Shown here piece after piece: positions 21,056 to 29,689 of a DNA stretch of 64,000 nt. The translations under genes and the position numbers were made by a program. Location of the stretch: positions 2,304,001 through 2,368,000 of the forward strand of contig OY764159.1 in NCBI GenBank assembly GCA_963668175.1, written 5' to 3'. The notes below the pieces were generated by a model, which was given only the letters and a program-made list of their open reading frames with translations, did not search any database and was not told the DNA's origin. The stretch comes from Syntrophales bacterium (GTDB lineage: Bacteria; Desulfobacterota; Syntrophia; Syntrophales; PHBD01). The stretch's first letter is position 1. Each line of letters opens with the position of its first letter.

Positions 21056-21802
21056 ATGAAAAAAATGAGGGAAACAAAATTCGGAATTGCCTTGGGCATA
21101 GCCGTCCTGCTGTTCGTATGGACGTCACCGGTGCAGGCGACGACTTTCAATCTTTCGACGCTTAACGTCAATCCCACCGGCAATCACGGTTACTACACAG
21201 GGACGGGTGGTACCGGCACCTACGTTTTCAGCAGTGCCGGTGTACAGCAAAATCCGTGGACGCAGAGTCTCGGCAACCCGGATCAGGCATCGATAAACTT
21301 TTCGGTACCCACCATGGGAAACAACGGCGGCAAAATCTACATGACTGCCGGTGCGCTGTTTCCGATCCCGACCGGCCAAACGCTGGGCGCGGGCCAGACC
21401 GGCTACAGCGGAGATTACAATCTGGGCAGCTTCCCGCTCTACTTCGCGTTCTCCAACCCGACCTACGATAACAACTGCGGTTTCAACTGCAACACCATCA
21501 CCCAGAGACCCGTCACGCTCAACTCTTTATGGGTAACGGGCGGTACTGGCGCGACCATCACCGGTTATTCCGATCTCGGGCATACCGTGCTCTACACCAT
21601 GGTGATCACCGGCAGCGGCCTTCAGCAGATCATCCTCAACTGGACCGGCGTCGAGGAAGTCTCGATTTCCGGCAGCGGTTTCTACGTTAACGATATTGAG
21701 GTGAACGACCCCATTGCCGCCGTTCCTGAACCGGCCAGCATGCTGCTTCTCGGCTTCGGGCTCGCCGGCGCCGCGTTCGCGCGGAAAAAATTCCGGAAAT
21801 AG
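21056..21802 (+). CDS. PEP-CTERM sorting domain protein
   Basis: Signal peptide; C-terminal VPEPASMLLLGFGLAGAAFARKKFRK. Confidence 0.95.
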   Translation: MKKMRETKFGIALGIAVLLFVWTSPVQATTFNLSTLNVNPTGNHGYYTGTGGTGTYVFSSAGVQQNPWTQSLGNPDQASINFSVPTMGNNGGKIYMTAGALFPIPTGQTLGAGQTGYSGDYNLGSFPLYFAFSNPTYDNNCGFNCNTITQRPVTLNSLWVTGGTGATITGYSDLGHTVLYTMVITGSGLQQIILNWTGVEEVSISGSGFYVNDIEVNDPIAAVPEPASMLLLGFGLAGAAFARKKFRK

Positions 21803-21825
21803 CATCCGTCAGGAAGGGAAAGACG

Positions 21826-21860
21826 AAGGCAGGGTCGAAAACGGCCCTGCCTTTGTTGTT
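21826..21860 (+). terminator. intrinsic terminator
   Basis: AAGGCAGGG...CCCTGCCTTT followed by T-rich tail. Confidence 0.8.
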
Positions 21861-21952
21861 TATGGATCGACATCTGCCGTCTTCCCGATCCTGTTCCAGC
21901 GGTTTCGCCGCGATCGCCCCAAACGATGGTTTTCCGCCGCTTCGTTTCCGGT

Positions 21953-22573
21953 TCAGATTCTTCGCGCGTTGCTGTCGGGATAAGGGTATTCCATGTGTTT
22001 GGCCGTCGCCCGGGCGATGGATTCGCCGCAATAACGGGCGACGACTTTCAGGGCCAGGTCGATGCCGGCGGAGATGCCCGCCGAGGTGACGACGTTTCCG
22101 TCGTCGACGACGTGCTCGTCGTATGAGACGGATACGGACGGAAAGGACTCGCGCATCCAGTCGAGGGAGCGCCAGTGGGTCGTGGCGCGGCGGCCGTCGA
22201 GCAGGCCGGCGAAGCCTAAGAGCATGGAGCCCGTGCAGACCGAAGTGAGAAGTTCCGCTTCGGCGGTGCGGCGGCGCAGCCATTCCAGGAAGGCCGGATT
22301 GTTCATCTCCCTGCGGGTGCCCCAGCCGCCGGGGACGCAGAGGATATCGAGCTTCGGGCAGTTTTCGAAGCCGCAGTCGGAGACGACGCGCATCCCGCCG
22401 GAGGCGGTAACCGTCCCGCCCCGTTCTGACACCAGCCTGACGTCGAACGGCGACGGGTCCTCCCGCCGCGTCTCCTCGTCGAGGCGCGTCGTGGAAAAGA
22501 CCTCGAACGGTCCGCAGAAGTCGAGCACCTCGACGTCGTCGAAAATAACGATCCCTATGGTCTTTCTTTCCAT
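21953..22573 (-). CDS. DJ-1/PfpI family protein
   Basis: DVEVLDFCGPFEVF, VPGGWG, SVCTGS, ATTHW, TSAGISAGID. Confidence 0.9.
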   Translation of the reverse strand: MERKTIGIVIFDDVEVLDFCGPFEVFSTTRLDEETRREDPSPFDVRLVSERGGTVTASGGMRVVSDCGFENCPKLDILCVPGGWGTRREMNNPAFLEWLRRRTAEAELLTSVCTGSMLLGFAGLLDGRRATTHWRSLDWMRESFPSVSVSYDEHVVDDGNVVTSAGISAGIDLALKVVARYCGESIARATAKHMEYPYPDSNARRI

Positions 22574-22662
22574 GAAAGTATCATTCCCTCTTTCGTTTTC
22601 GTGCGTTTCCGGATTTAACGCCGTGTTGCATCTGCGCGCCGTGAAGGCCGTTCGAATTGCCG

Positions 22663-23205
22663 TCAGGCCTTCATCTGTTTCGATTTGCCCTTGCGGTAGA
22701 CCAGGGGGATGATGATGCGGCAGAGGAATTTCCTCCAGCCCGTAAGTTCGAACGCGACATCCGTGAGGCTGCGGCCGCAGTTGCCGCACCTGGCCGCGTA
22801 CCAGGAAAACGGCTCGCCGCAGTCCGGGCAGGCCCAGCGCTTCTTCTGCGCCGCCATCCAGGCGTCCGTGCCGTCGCGTTTGATCGCATCCAGGCTCGCC
22901 GCCGCTTCGCCCACGTGCGGGAGAATGCTTGCCGCCCCCTGCCATCGCTTGTACAGGGCGCAGGGATAGTCGGCGCATTCGACGCAGTGCGCAACACCCA
23001 TTTTCGCCACGCAGTCGCGGAACGTGCACATTCGGCAGCCTGCATAGACCTTGTCCGATTTGCAGCCGTTGCAGGCGAGTTCCTCCCTGGGCACGCTGCC
23101 GAGGCATGCGGTGAATCCGTCGGTTCGTCCCGTCCTGCCGTACGTTGCAATCGAGCATGCGCCGCAGTAGATTCCGCAATAGGTGTCGGGGTTGAAGTCT
23201 TCCAT
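22663..23205 (-). CDS. DUF3795 family Cys-rich protein
   Basis: YCGIYCGAC, C.GC, C.FRDC, HCVECADYPC, C-terminal CPDCG...CGNCG. Confidence 0.85.
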   Translation of the reverse strand: MEDFNPDTYCGIYCGACSIATYGRTGRTDGFTACLGSVPREELACNGCKSDKVYAGCRMCTFRDCVAKMGVAHCVECADYPCALYKRWQGAASILPHVGEAAASLDAIKRDGTDAWMAAQKKRWACPDCGEPFSWYAARCGNCGRSLTDVAFELTGWRKFLCRIIIPLVYRKGKSKQMKA

Positions 23206-23220
23206 CAGGTTATCTCCGTC

Positions 23221-23652
23221 TCAGCGGCTGTTCCTCGCCTTCACTGCCGCCTCGTAGATCTGTGCGTTATCGCGGATGTAGGTTTCCGTCAGCGTGAGTC
23301 CGTGTGCATAAGGTTTGCCTTTTTTGTCGACGGTGACAAACGTCGCCATGCCCGTGACAAAAGGGGTCCCGCTGGAGTTCACAAAGGCCTTGCCGTGGGC
23401 CGTGATGCTCTTGGTGCCCAGAAAAGCGATCCGGGCCTCCAAATCCAGCACGTCCCCTTTCGTGGCCGGTCTTACGAAATCCATGCCGTGAATCCGGACG
23501 CAGACGATGTCCTCCGGCCTGCCGAGGAGCTTGATGGCCGCGATCAGGCATCCCTCCACCAGCCATTCGGACATTCTGCCCGCGAAGAGGGTCCCGTGAT
23601 GGTTGAGATCCTCCGATTTGATGATATGCGATATCCTCGTCTCTTCAAACAT
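23221..23652 (-). CDS. acyl-CoA thioesterase (hotdog fold)
   Basis: DLNHHGTLFAGRM..W, MDFVRP, TFVTVD..GKP. Confidence 0.9.
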   Translation of the reverse strand: MFEETRISHIIKSEDLNHHGTLFAGRMSEWLVEGCLIAAIKLLGRPEDIVCVRIHGMDFVRPATKGDVLDLEARIAFLGTKSITAHGKAFVNSSGTPFVTGMATFVTVDKKGKPYAHGLTLTETYIRDNAQIYEAAVKARNSR

Positions 23653-23679
23653 GCCCGCACCTCCGGCTCGCTTCTTTTG

Positions 23680-24081
23680 TTATTTGTCCCTTTCGAGATG
23701 AATCCAGTCCAGAATATGCCTCTTGCGGAAGAAGGCCCGCTCCAGGATATCGAGTTCTTCCTGTGTGCAGGCCGCGGCGGCCTTTGTATGAAACGCGTCC
23801 GACCTATCGAAGGCGGCCGCGACGAGGCCGCAGGGATACAAATCGCAGAGGCCGCAGTTCCTGACCCCGCGCCTATGCGCGCAGTCGCGGATTTCCGGAT
23901 AGGCGCACGCGTTTTCCGGGCGGCAGCCTTTGCAGGCCATGGATTCGGCCGGAAAGTCCTCCGCCCTCAGTCCGAGGCGGACCCACCACGCCTTCACGTC
24001 TTCGAGGTCTTTGGCCTTGCCGCTTTCGGTTGCAATGTATCTGGGACAGTCCACGCAACTGTCTCCGCAGATTCCGATCAT
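23680..24081 (-). CDS. DUF3795 family protein
   Basis: GICGDSCVDCPRYIAT, CKGC, IRDCA, NCGLCDLYPC. Confidence 0.85.
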   Translation of the reverse strand: MIGICGDSCVDCPRYIATESGKAKDLEDVKAWWVRLGLRAEDFPAESMACKGCRPENACAYPEIRDCAHRRGVRNCGLCDLYPCGLVAAAFDRSDAFHTKAAAACTQEELDILERAFFRKRHILDWIHLERDK

Positions 24082-24386
24082 GGTTGTCCTTTCGAATTCG
24101 GAAATCAACGTCCCTGCGCAGTGTTTTGCGCATCCGCTTCGGGCCTGTTTGAGATATCGGAATGATACTTGTGCCCATGACGCGGAATATGCGCCAAACC
24201 TGCCCGCATTTGCGTTTATTGTCAAGACGAAATATGAGCGAATATCTCTATTTAAAGCATCGGGGATGGAAGCATAACGGGAACGAGCGCCGCACGGATG
24301 GAAAACATAACGGATGTTCCTGTTCCTTTAAGGGTTACGCAACGGGAATACGTCGCGCGGCGGCTGTGTCCCCCCGCCCGTGCAAG

Positions 24387-24416
24387 AAAGGGGTTCCCCG
24401 ATGGGAACCCCTTTTT
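24387..24416. terminator. intrinsic terminator (bidirectional hairpin)
   Basis: AAAGGGGTTCCC-cgat-GGGAACCCCTTTTT, downstream of the Cys-rich repeat gene. Confidence 0.75.
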
Positions 24417-24460
24417 GTTGTCGAAGCGAATGCCGGGTTTACGATGAACGAAACGGTGCG

Positions 24461-25618
24461 TCAGCGCTGGTTGCCGTAGATCTTGGCGAAGCCGTTCCCC
24501 CGCGAGCCTTGATTCTGGCAGACGGAGTTCCGGTCCAGGTCGAGGTTGTACCACCCGGCGGACAGGTCGAGGGACACGTCGAATATCCGCTCGCACCACT
24601 GGCGCTGATGCGTATCGCAGTTGCCCTGCCTGGAGGCGATGCCCGCCGCGCCATGGGGGCCGTTCAGGATGGCCGAGAGGTTCCCGCCGTCCCTTCGCGC
24701 GTCGCTCCAGACGACGATGCGCGAGACAAATGAATCGCGCCGGAGTTCGAACCTGACGCGGTTCGTCGTGCTGCACACGTAGCCGTTCCAGTTGTCGAAG
24801 AGGACCATGTCCGGCGACGGCCCGGGGCCCTTTGTACGGGCGGGCGCGGCGCAGGTGTACATGCGGCCGGGGCTGGCCCCGCCGCGGCAGGATTCGGTGG
24901 CGACGTTCTTGTAGGTGCAATTACGGTCCCAGCAGACGGCGGTCTGGCCGCGGAAAGCGTCGGTGCATTTCGACGGGTCGGGATTCGGCCCGGAGGAACC
25001 GGCGACGTCGCGGCCGGGGCAGTCGCCGATGCCTGCGGACTGCCAGTTTCCGATATTCGCGCGCTGCGCGGGGCGTGCGTCGCAGACATACATGCGGCCG
25101 GGGCTGGCTCCGCCGCGGCAGGAATCGACGGCGACGTTCTTGTAGGTGCAATTACGGTCCCAGCATACGGCGGTCTGTCCCTGGAAGGCGTCGGTGCATT
25201 TCGCCGGGTCGGGGTTCGGCCCGGAGGAACCGGCGACGTCGCGTCCCGGGCAGTCGCCGATGCCGACGGACCGCCAGTTTCCGATATGGACCGGCTGCGC
25301 GGGCGGCCCCTCGCAGACGTACATGCGGCCGGGGCTGGCTCCGCCGCGGCACGAATCGACGGCGACGTTCTTGTAGGTGCAGCCCTGGTTCCAGCAGACG
25401 GCGGTCTGTCCGCGGAAGGCGTCGGTGCATTTCGACGGATCGGGATTCGGCCCGGAGGAGCCGGCGACGTCGCGGCCGGGGCAGTCGCCGATGCCGACGG
25501 ACCGCCAGTGGTTGGGGCCCGCAGCCTGGACCGATGCCGCGCAGAAAACAACAATGAAAAGGACGATCAAGGCCGCTTCCCACGGACGGCGATCTCCCGA
25601 TAATCTGTAACGGTTCAT
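24461..25618 (-). CDS. secreted cysteine-rich tandem-repeat protein
   Basis: Signal peptide ending VQA; three 77-aa repeats with 6 Cys each; beta-rich C-domain; RBS AAGGAGG; TTGACA-17-TATAGT promoter at 25660-25688. Confidence 0.85.
   Translation of the reverse strand: MNRYRLSGDRRPWEAALIVLFIVVFCAASVQAAGPNHWRSVGIGDCPGRDVAGSSGPNPDPSKCTDAFRGQTAVCWNQGCTYKNVAVDSCRGGASPGRMYVCEGPPAQPVHIGNWRSVGIGDCPGRDVAGSSGPNPDPAKCTDAFQGQTAVCWDRNCTYKNVAVDSCRGGASPGRMYVCDARPAQRANIGNWQSAGIGDCPGRDVAGSSGPNPDPSKCTDAFRGQTAVCWDRNCTYKNVATESCRGGASPGRMYTCAAPARTKGPGPSPDMVLFDNWNGYVCSTTNRVRFELRRDSFVSRIVVWSDARRDGGNLSAILNGPHGAAGIASRQGNCDTHQRQWCERIFDVSLDLSAGWYNLDLDRNSVCQNQGSRGNGFAKIYGNQR
24851..25510. repeat. three tandem 231-bp coding repeats
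   Basis: Equivalent Trp codons at 25505, 25274 and 25043; long near-identical DNA stretches. Confidence 0.95.
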
Positions 25619-25774
25619 GGAACCTCCTTGAAAATGAAATCCGTTTGACGGTTTAAAAGACTATAGAGGCGGGGCGTCCGCCTGTCAAATGGATATTGGC
25701 AAATGATGATTGCGGAACGATTCCGCCCATATCCTCACGGCGGCGGGACGCCGAAGACCTGCCTTTTCGGGGAA

Positions 25775-26950
25775 TCAGTACGGCGAAGCCGGTCCGGACG
25801 GCGAGGGGCCGCCGCCTGGCTTGAGGCTGAGGGCAAGGAGCCCGGCGATCAGCGGCGTCCAGATGAGCAGGTGGATGGCATAAACGATGCCGTGGTACTC
25901 GGCGATGAGGCCGACGAGACCTACGCCCAGGCCGCCGATGCCGATGCTGAAGCCGAGCATGAGTCCCGACGCCATGGCGGCGTTGGCGCTGACGAGCTCC
26001 TGCGCGGCGACGGTTGTGACGGAGAAGGATGCGAGCAGGCTTGCGCCCGCGAGGGCCATGGTGACGTATCCCCAGAGGCCGTCCGTTTCGAGAAAGAGAT
26101 AAAAGAGCGGGCTTGCGGCGAGGAGGGAAAGGACGATGACCCGCTTGCGGCCGAAGATGTCCGAAAGGTAGCCGCCGGCGAGGCCCCCCATGGCGCCGGC
26201 AAAGAGCATGATGAAGAGAAAGCGGCTGCCGGCGAGCAGCGAGATGTTGCGCTCGTGGAGATAGAGCGGCAGGAAGGCCACGAGCCCGAAGTAGGCGAGG
26301 GAGCGGCACGACACGACCGTCATGATCTTGGCGAGCTCGGGGCCGGCCTTTTTCAGGAGCGGGAGAAGCGGCACAGGGGCCGATTTTTTCCGGATGCCGT
26401 CGCGGGGGGCCGACAGCCACAAAAGCACGGCGACGACCGTACCCGGCAGGACAAACGAGGGCGTCGCAGCGAGACCGTAGGCGTTGACGAAGGGGACGGC
26501 GGCCAGGGGCGTCAGCGCCCAGCCGACGTTTCCCGACGCGATGAAGAGGGCCTGCATGAACCCTTTCCTGTCGCCGCTGACGGCGGACACCATCGCCGAG
26601 GCCTGGGGGTGGAAGGCGGCGGTGCCAAGACCCGCGAACGTCACGACGGCGATCAGGACCCAGTAATTCCCGATGACGCCGATGAGGGACAGAAGCGCGG
26701 CCATCCAGAACGTTCCGACATAGACCATCCAGCGCTGGTTCTTCTGGTCCACGAGATACCCGAAGACCGGCTGCAGGAGGGACGACGTGATCGTGAAGGC
26801 GGAGATCAGAAACGCCCCCTTGCTGACACTTAAGCCCGCCGCCACGAGGAAAGGCAGGAGCGTCTGGATGTAGTTCATGTACCAGTCGTTGAAGAGATGG
26901 GCGAGCGACAGGGAGAAGACTCTTCCGACACCGGGCAGGCCTTTGTTCAT
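25775..26950 (-). CDS. MFS transporter (Fsr-like)
   Basis: AHLFND, QPVFGYLVD, AAFHPQAS, LSDIFGRK; about 12 TM. Confidence 0.9.
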   Translation of the reverse strand: MNKGLPGVGRVFSLSLAHLFNDWYMNYIQTLLPFLVAAGLSVSKGAFLISAFTITSSLLQPVFGYLVDQKNQRWMVYVGTFWMAALLSLIGVIGNYWVLIAVVTFAGLGTAAFHPQASAMVSAVSGDRKGFMQALFIASGNVGWALTPLAAVPFVNAYGLAATPSFVLPGTVVAVLLWLSAPRDGIRKKSAPVPLLPLLKKAGPELAKIMTVVSCRSLAYFGLVAFLPLYLHERNISLLAGSRFLFIMLFAGAMGGLAGGYLSDIFGRKRVIVLSLLAASPLFYLFLETDGLWGYVTMALAGASLLASFSVTTVAAQELVSANAAMASGLMLGFSIGIGGLGVGLVGLIAEYHGIVYAIHLLIWTPLIAGLLALSLKPGGGPSPSGPASPY

Positions 26951-27085
26951 CGGGACCGATCGTTCCTCCGTGGAGACGTTTTATCGCCTACAGGATATCA
27001 CGGCGGTATCCGGGAAGTACAGCGGAAGATACGAAGACCCGCGATGGGCGAAACAGGGGGAGCCGGCCTGACGTCGATGCGGCGA

Positions 27086-28246
27086 TCAGCCGGGCGCGAC
27101 CGTACCCTTCGATTCGAGATAGCTCTGCGCGTCGCTGTAGGCCTTGAAGTCGGGCAGTTCCATGTCCTCCACCTTGCGCATGCCGGCGAGGAAGGTGATC
27201 TTCACCCCTTTGAGGGGCACGCCGCACTTGTTGAGGACGGCGAGGGCGTTTAAGAGATGATCCTTCCCGGGCCGGTAATGGCCGCTTGCGTTGTCGATGC
27301 CGGTGAGCTTGCCCGCGGCGACGTCGATGGCGCCGGCGAAGGTCACCGCCACACCGTTCATAATGGACGAGTGGTGGAAAAGGAGGCCGTCGGGCTGTTC
27401 CCCCATGCTGCAATAGAGGTTGGCCTTGTCGTCGATGATGAAGATGTAGCCCGTGCCGCCCGTGTCGAGGAGGACCAGGTCCGTTGTCGCCGTCGAGACG
27501 GCGCTCGTGCGGCGGTACATCAGGCCGCCCTGGACGACGATCTGGTAGCGCCAGCGGTTCTCCGGCTTGACGTACTTGACCTTCGAGTCGAGTTCCGGGT
27601 GGTTGCGGGCGAAATTGAAGGCGAACTTCTCGCCGCTTCTGCCGAAGGCATTGCCGAAATCCGCGCCCTGGATGTGCTCCGGGTTCGACCCGCCGATGTT
27701 CGTTTCGAGCCAGTAGTGCGAGTCGAGCGCTTTCTTGTCCTTGCCGACGCCCAGGTGCTTCATGGCGTCGCGCGCCATCTGCCAGCGCAGCTTCGCCGCC
27801 GTCGAGCCGATGATTTCGCTTTGCTTGGGCGGCTTTCCGCCCCTGGCGGGCGGGCCGGTGAACTTGAGGTCGAGCCCGAGCGAGTCGGCGTTCTGCTGGG
27901 CGTTCATTGCCAGGTTCGCCACGTACTTGCGCCGGTTGCTCGAATCGGTCTGGGCCTTGTGCTCCATCCAGACCATGGCCGCCTTGGCGATGCCCAGAAG
28001 GAGCAGCGCGGTGATCCGCGCCCGCGTCTTCTTGGCTTCCGTCGATTCCTTCGAGTCGTCGAAGGGTGTGGCCTCCGACTTGTCGAACTCTTCGAGGGCA
28101 CGGTCGATGGAAAGAAGATCGGGGTTCTTGCGGGAGTGGGTGAAGATGCCGAGCGTCTTGATGGTGGTCAGGCTCTGCCACTCCCTGACGGTGGGAATGC
28201 CTTCGAAATGATCGCGAAGCTGTCGATAGGGGAAATGGCGCGGCAT
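27086..28246 (-). CDS. hypothetical effector-like protein with IQM-like C-terminal domain
   Basis: YWLE, VKYV.PE.R..Y.I.V..G, YIFII, FHHSS..G..V.FAG, IDNASGHYRP; TTGACA-17-TATGTT promoter at 28300-28328. Confidence 0.75.
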   Translation of the reverse strand: MPRHFPYRQLRDHFEGIPTVREWQSLTTIKTLGIFTHSRKNPDLLSIDRALEEFDKSEATPFDDSKESTEAKKTRARITALLLLGIAKAAMVWMEHKAQTDSSNRRKYVANLAMNAQQNADSLGLDLKFTGPPARGGKPPKQSEIIGSTAAKLRWQMARDAMKHLGVGKDKKALDSHYWLETNIGGSNPEHIQGADFGNAFGRSGEKFAFNFARNHPELDSKVKYVKPENRWRYQIVVQGGLMYRRTSAVSTATTDLVLLDTGGTGYIFIIDDKANLYCSMGEQPDGLLFHHSSIMNGVAVTFAGAIDVAAGKLTGIDNASGHYRPGKDHLLNALAVLNKCGVPLKGVKITFLAGMRKVEDMELPDFKAYSDAQSYLESKGTVAPG

Positions 28247-28447
28247 ATGTAATTCCTTCTAAAAGTAGATGATCTGAACGACAATATAAGACTTTGCATA
28301 ACATAATCGAAAGGACTCGGCCTGTCAACGAGAAAAGGCGAAGAGGAGCCTCAAGTGCAAAAGACAGCATATGCGGAATATGAGCGTGACGTCCAAAGGT
28401 TGCAGCTCGATATTTCCCCTACGCCAAGCCGGCGGCAGCTTGAAAAG

Positions 28448-28656
28448 CGTAAGAATATTTTACATATCTTCTACTCCAACGGCTAGGCGCCAAGGATATC
28501 AGATTTTTACATAAATTGTCTAACAATGACCTGCAACTGTGCCCAAAGCAGTGATTTGGTGTCGGATATCTTTACAATATATTGCCTTCGGAAAGATCGC
28601 TCCAGCTATAATATCATAATAAATCAATGGCTTATGCTGGTGGCATGCGTCTTGCT
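28448..28656 (+). promoter_or_regulatory. sigma54 promoter with enhancer boxes and IHF site (PEP-CTERM gene 2)
   Basis: TGGCATGCGTCTTGCT at 28641-28656; (T/C)GT-N11-ACA at 28448-28464 and 28560-28576; AATCAATGGCTTA (IHF consensus) at 28622-28634. Confidence 0.8.
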
Positions 28657-28722
28657 CATTATACGGCGAAAATCGGGTCCCGATCCGGAGCGGACATGCG
28701 GACGGGAGAAGGGAGATATACC

Positions 28723-29361
28723 TTGAAGAAATTGCAATATCTGTTGATCGTATTCGTGTTCGTGTTCGGTCTCTCCGGCGTGGCATCGGCCGCTACTATT
28801 AATTACTCTTTCGGCGTCGACGGCAACAATTACACATCGGCCTATAGCGGCGTGACCGTCGAGACCTTCGAAGGCAGTCTTCTGTGGGGCTGGTCGGGCA
28901 ACGGGGCCGTCGTGACCGGCAGTACGTCGACCTACTCCGCCCCGTTCGGCGTCAGCGCGAAGGATGCGACGCATTATCTGACCGTTCCGTATACGAGCGG
29001 TTCGGGAAGCTACACGGCATCGCTCGGCGCGACTTACAATTACCTCGGCATCTGGTGGGGTTCCGTCGATACGTACAATACGATCAGTTTCTATAAGAAC
29101 GGTCTTCAGGTTGCGTCCTACACGGGTTCGGACATCGCGGCAAGCGCCGACGGCGACCAGACGTCCCACCTGACGAACCTTTACGTCAACTTCCTCGGTC
29201 TGCCCGATTTCGACAGTTTCAAACTGACGAGCACGAGCTACGCTTTCGAGGTCGACAACATCGCCGTCGGGAACGTCGCCGTTCCCGAACCGTCAACGAT
29301 GATGCTTCTGGGCCTGGGTCTGGCGGGGGCGGCTGCGGCACGAAGAAGATTCAGAAAATAA
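28723..29361 (+). CDS. PEP-CTERM sorting domain protein (WGSxD-type passenger domain)
   Basis: TTG start after GGGAGA; signal peptide; YLGIWWGSVDTYN; VPEPSTMMLLGLGLAGAAAARRRFRK. Confidence 0.9.
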   Translation: MKKLQYLLIVFVFVFGLSGVASAATINYSFGVDGNNYTSAYSGVTVETFEGSLLWGWSGNGAVVTGSTSTYSAPFGVSAKDATHYLTVPYTSGSGSYTASLGATYNYLGIWWGSVDTYNTISFYKNGLQVASYTGSDIAASADGDQTSHLTNLYVNFLGLPDFDSFKLTSTSYAFEVDNIAVGNVAVPEPSTMMLLGLGLAGAAAARRRFRK

Positions 29362-29390
29362 TTTCTCCTTTATTTCTTTCATATACAGAG

Positions 29391-29429
29391 AAGGCAGGGT
29401 TATGAAACGCCCCTGCCTTTTTTGTTTTT
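29391..29429 (+). terminator. intrinsic terminator
   Basis: AAGGCAGGG...CCCTGCCTTTTTT. Confidence 0.85.
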
Positions 29430-29689
29430 GATGCCGTTCCCGGAAGGCCTGTTCAGGATGAGATGGGGAAGAGGCGTGCCATCCGGATACGCCGCAGGTC
29501 TTTGGGACACAGCGGGAATACCCGCGGGCGGAACGGCGCATCGGGACGTCGCCGTGAATCCCTCGCGGAAGACGACACCGCCGCGACGGCTTCCCTGTCC
29601 GCGGGCGTTTCGTATCGTACGATCATATCGAACTTGCTTTCGCGACTGCATGCGGTATGCGCCGCTCGCGGCCTTCTATGCGATGTTGC

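Noticed and set aside
21953..23179. 408-aa ORF as a DJ-1 fusion protein
   Set aside because: The N-terminal half is an off-frame overlap with the DUF3795 gene; the real start is at 22573.
24851..25510. 231-bp repeats as a CRISPR array or DGR template/variable pair
   Set aside because: In-frame coding repeats with no spacers, no cas genes and no reverse transcriptase.
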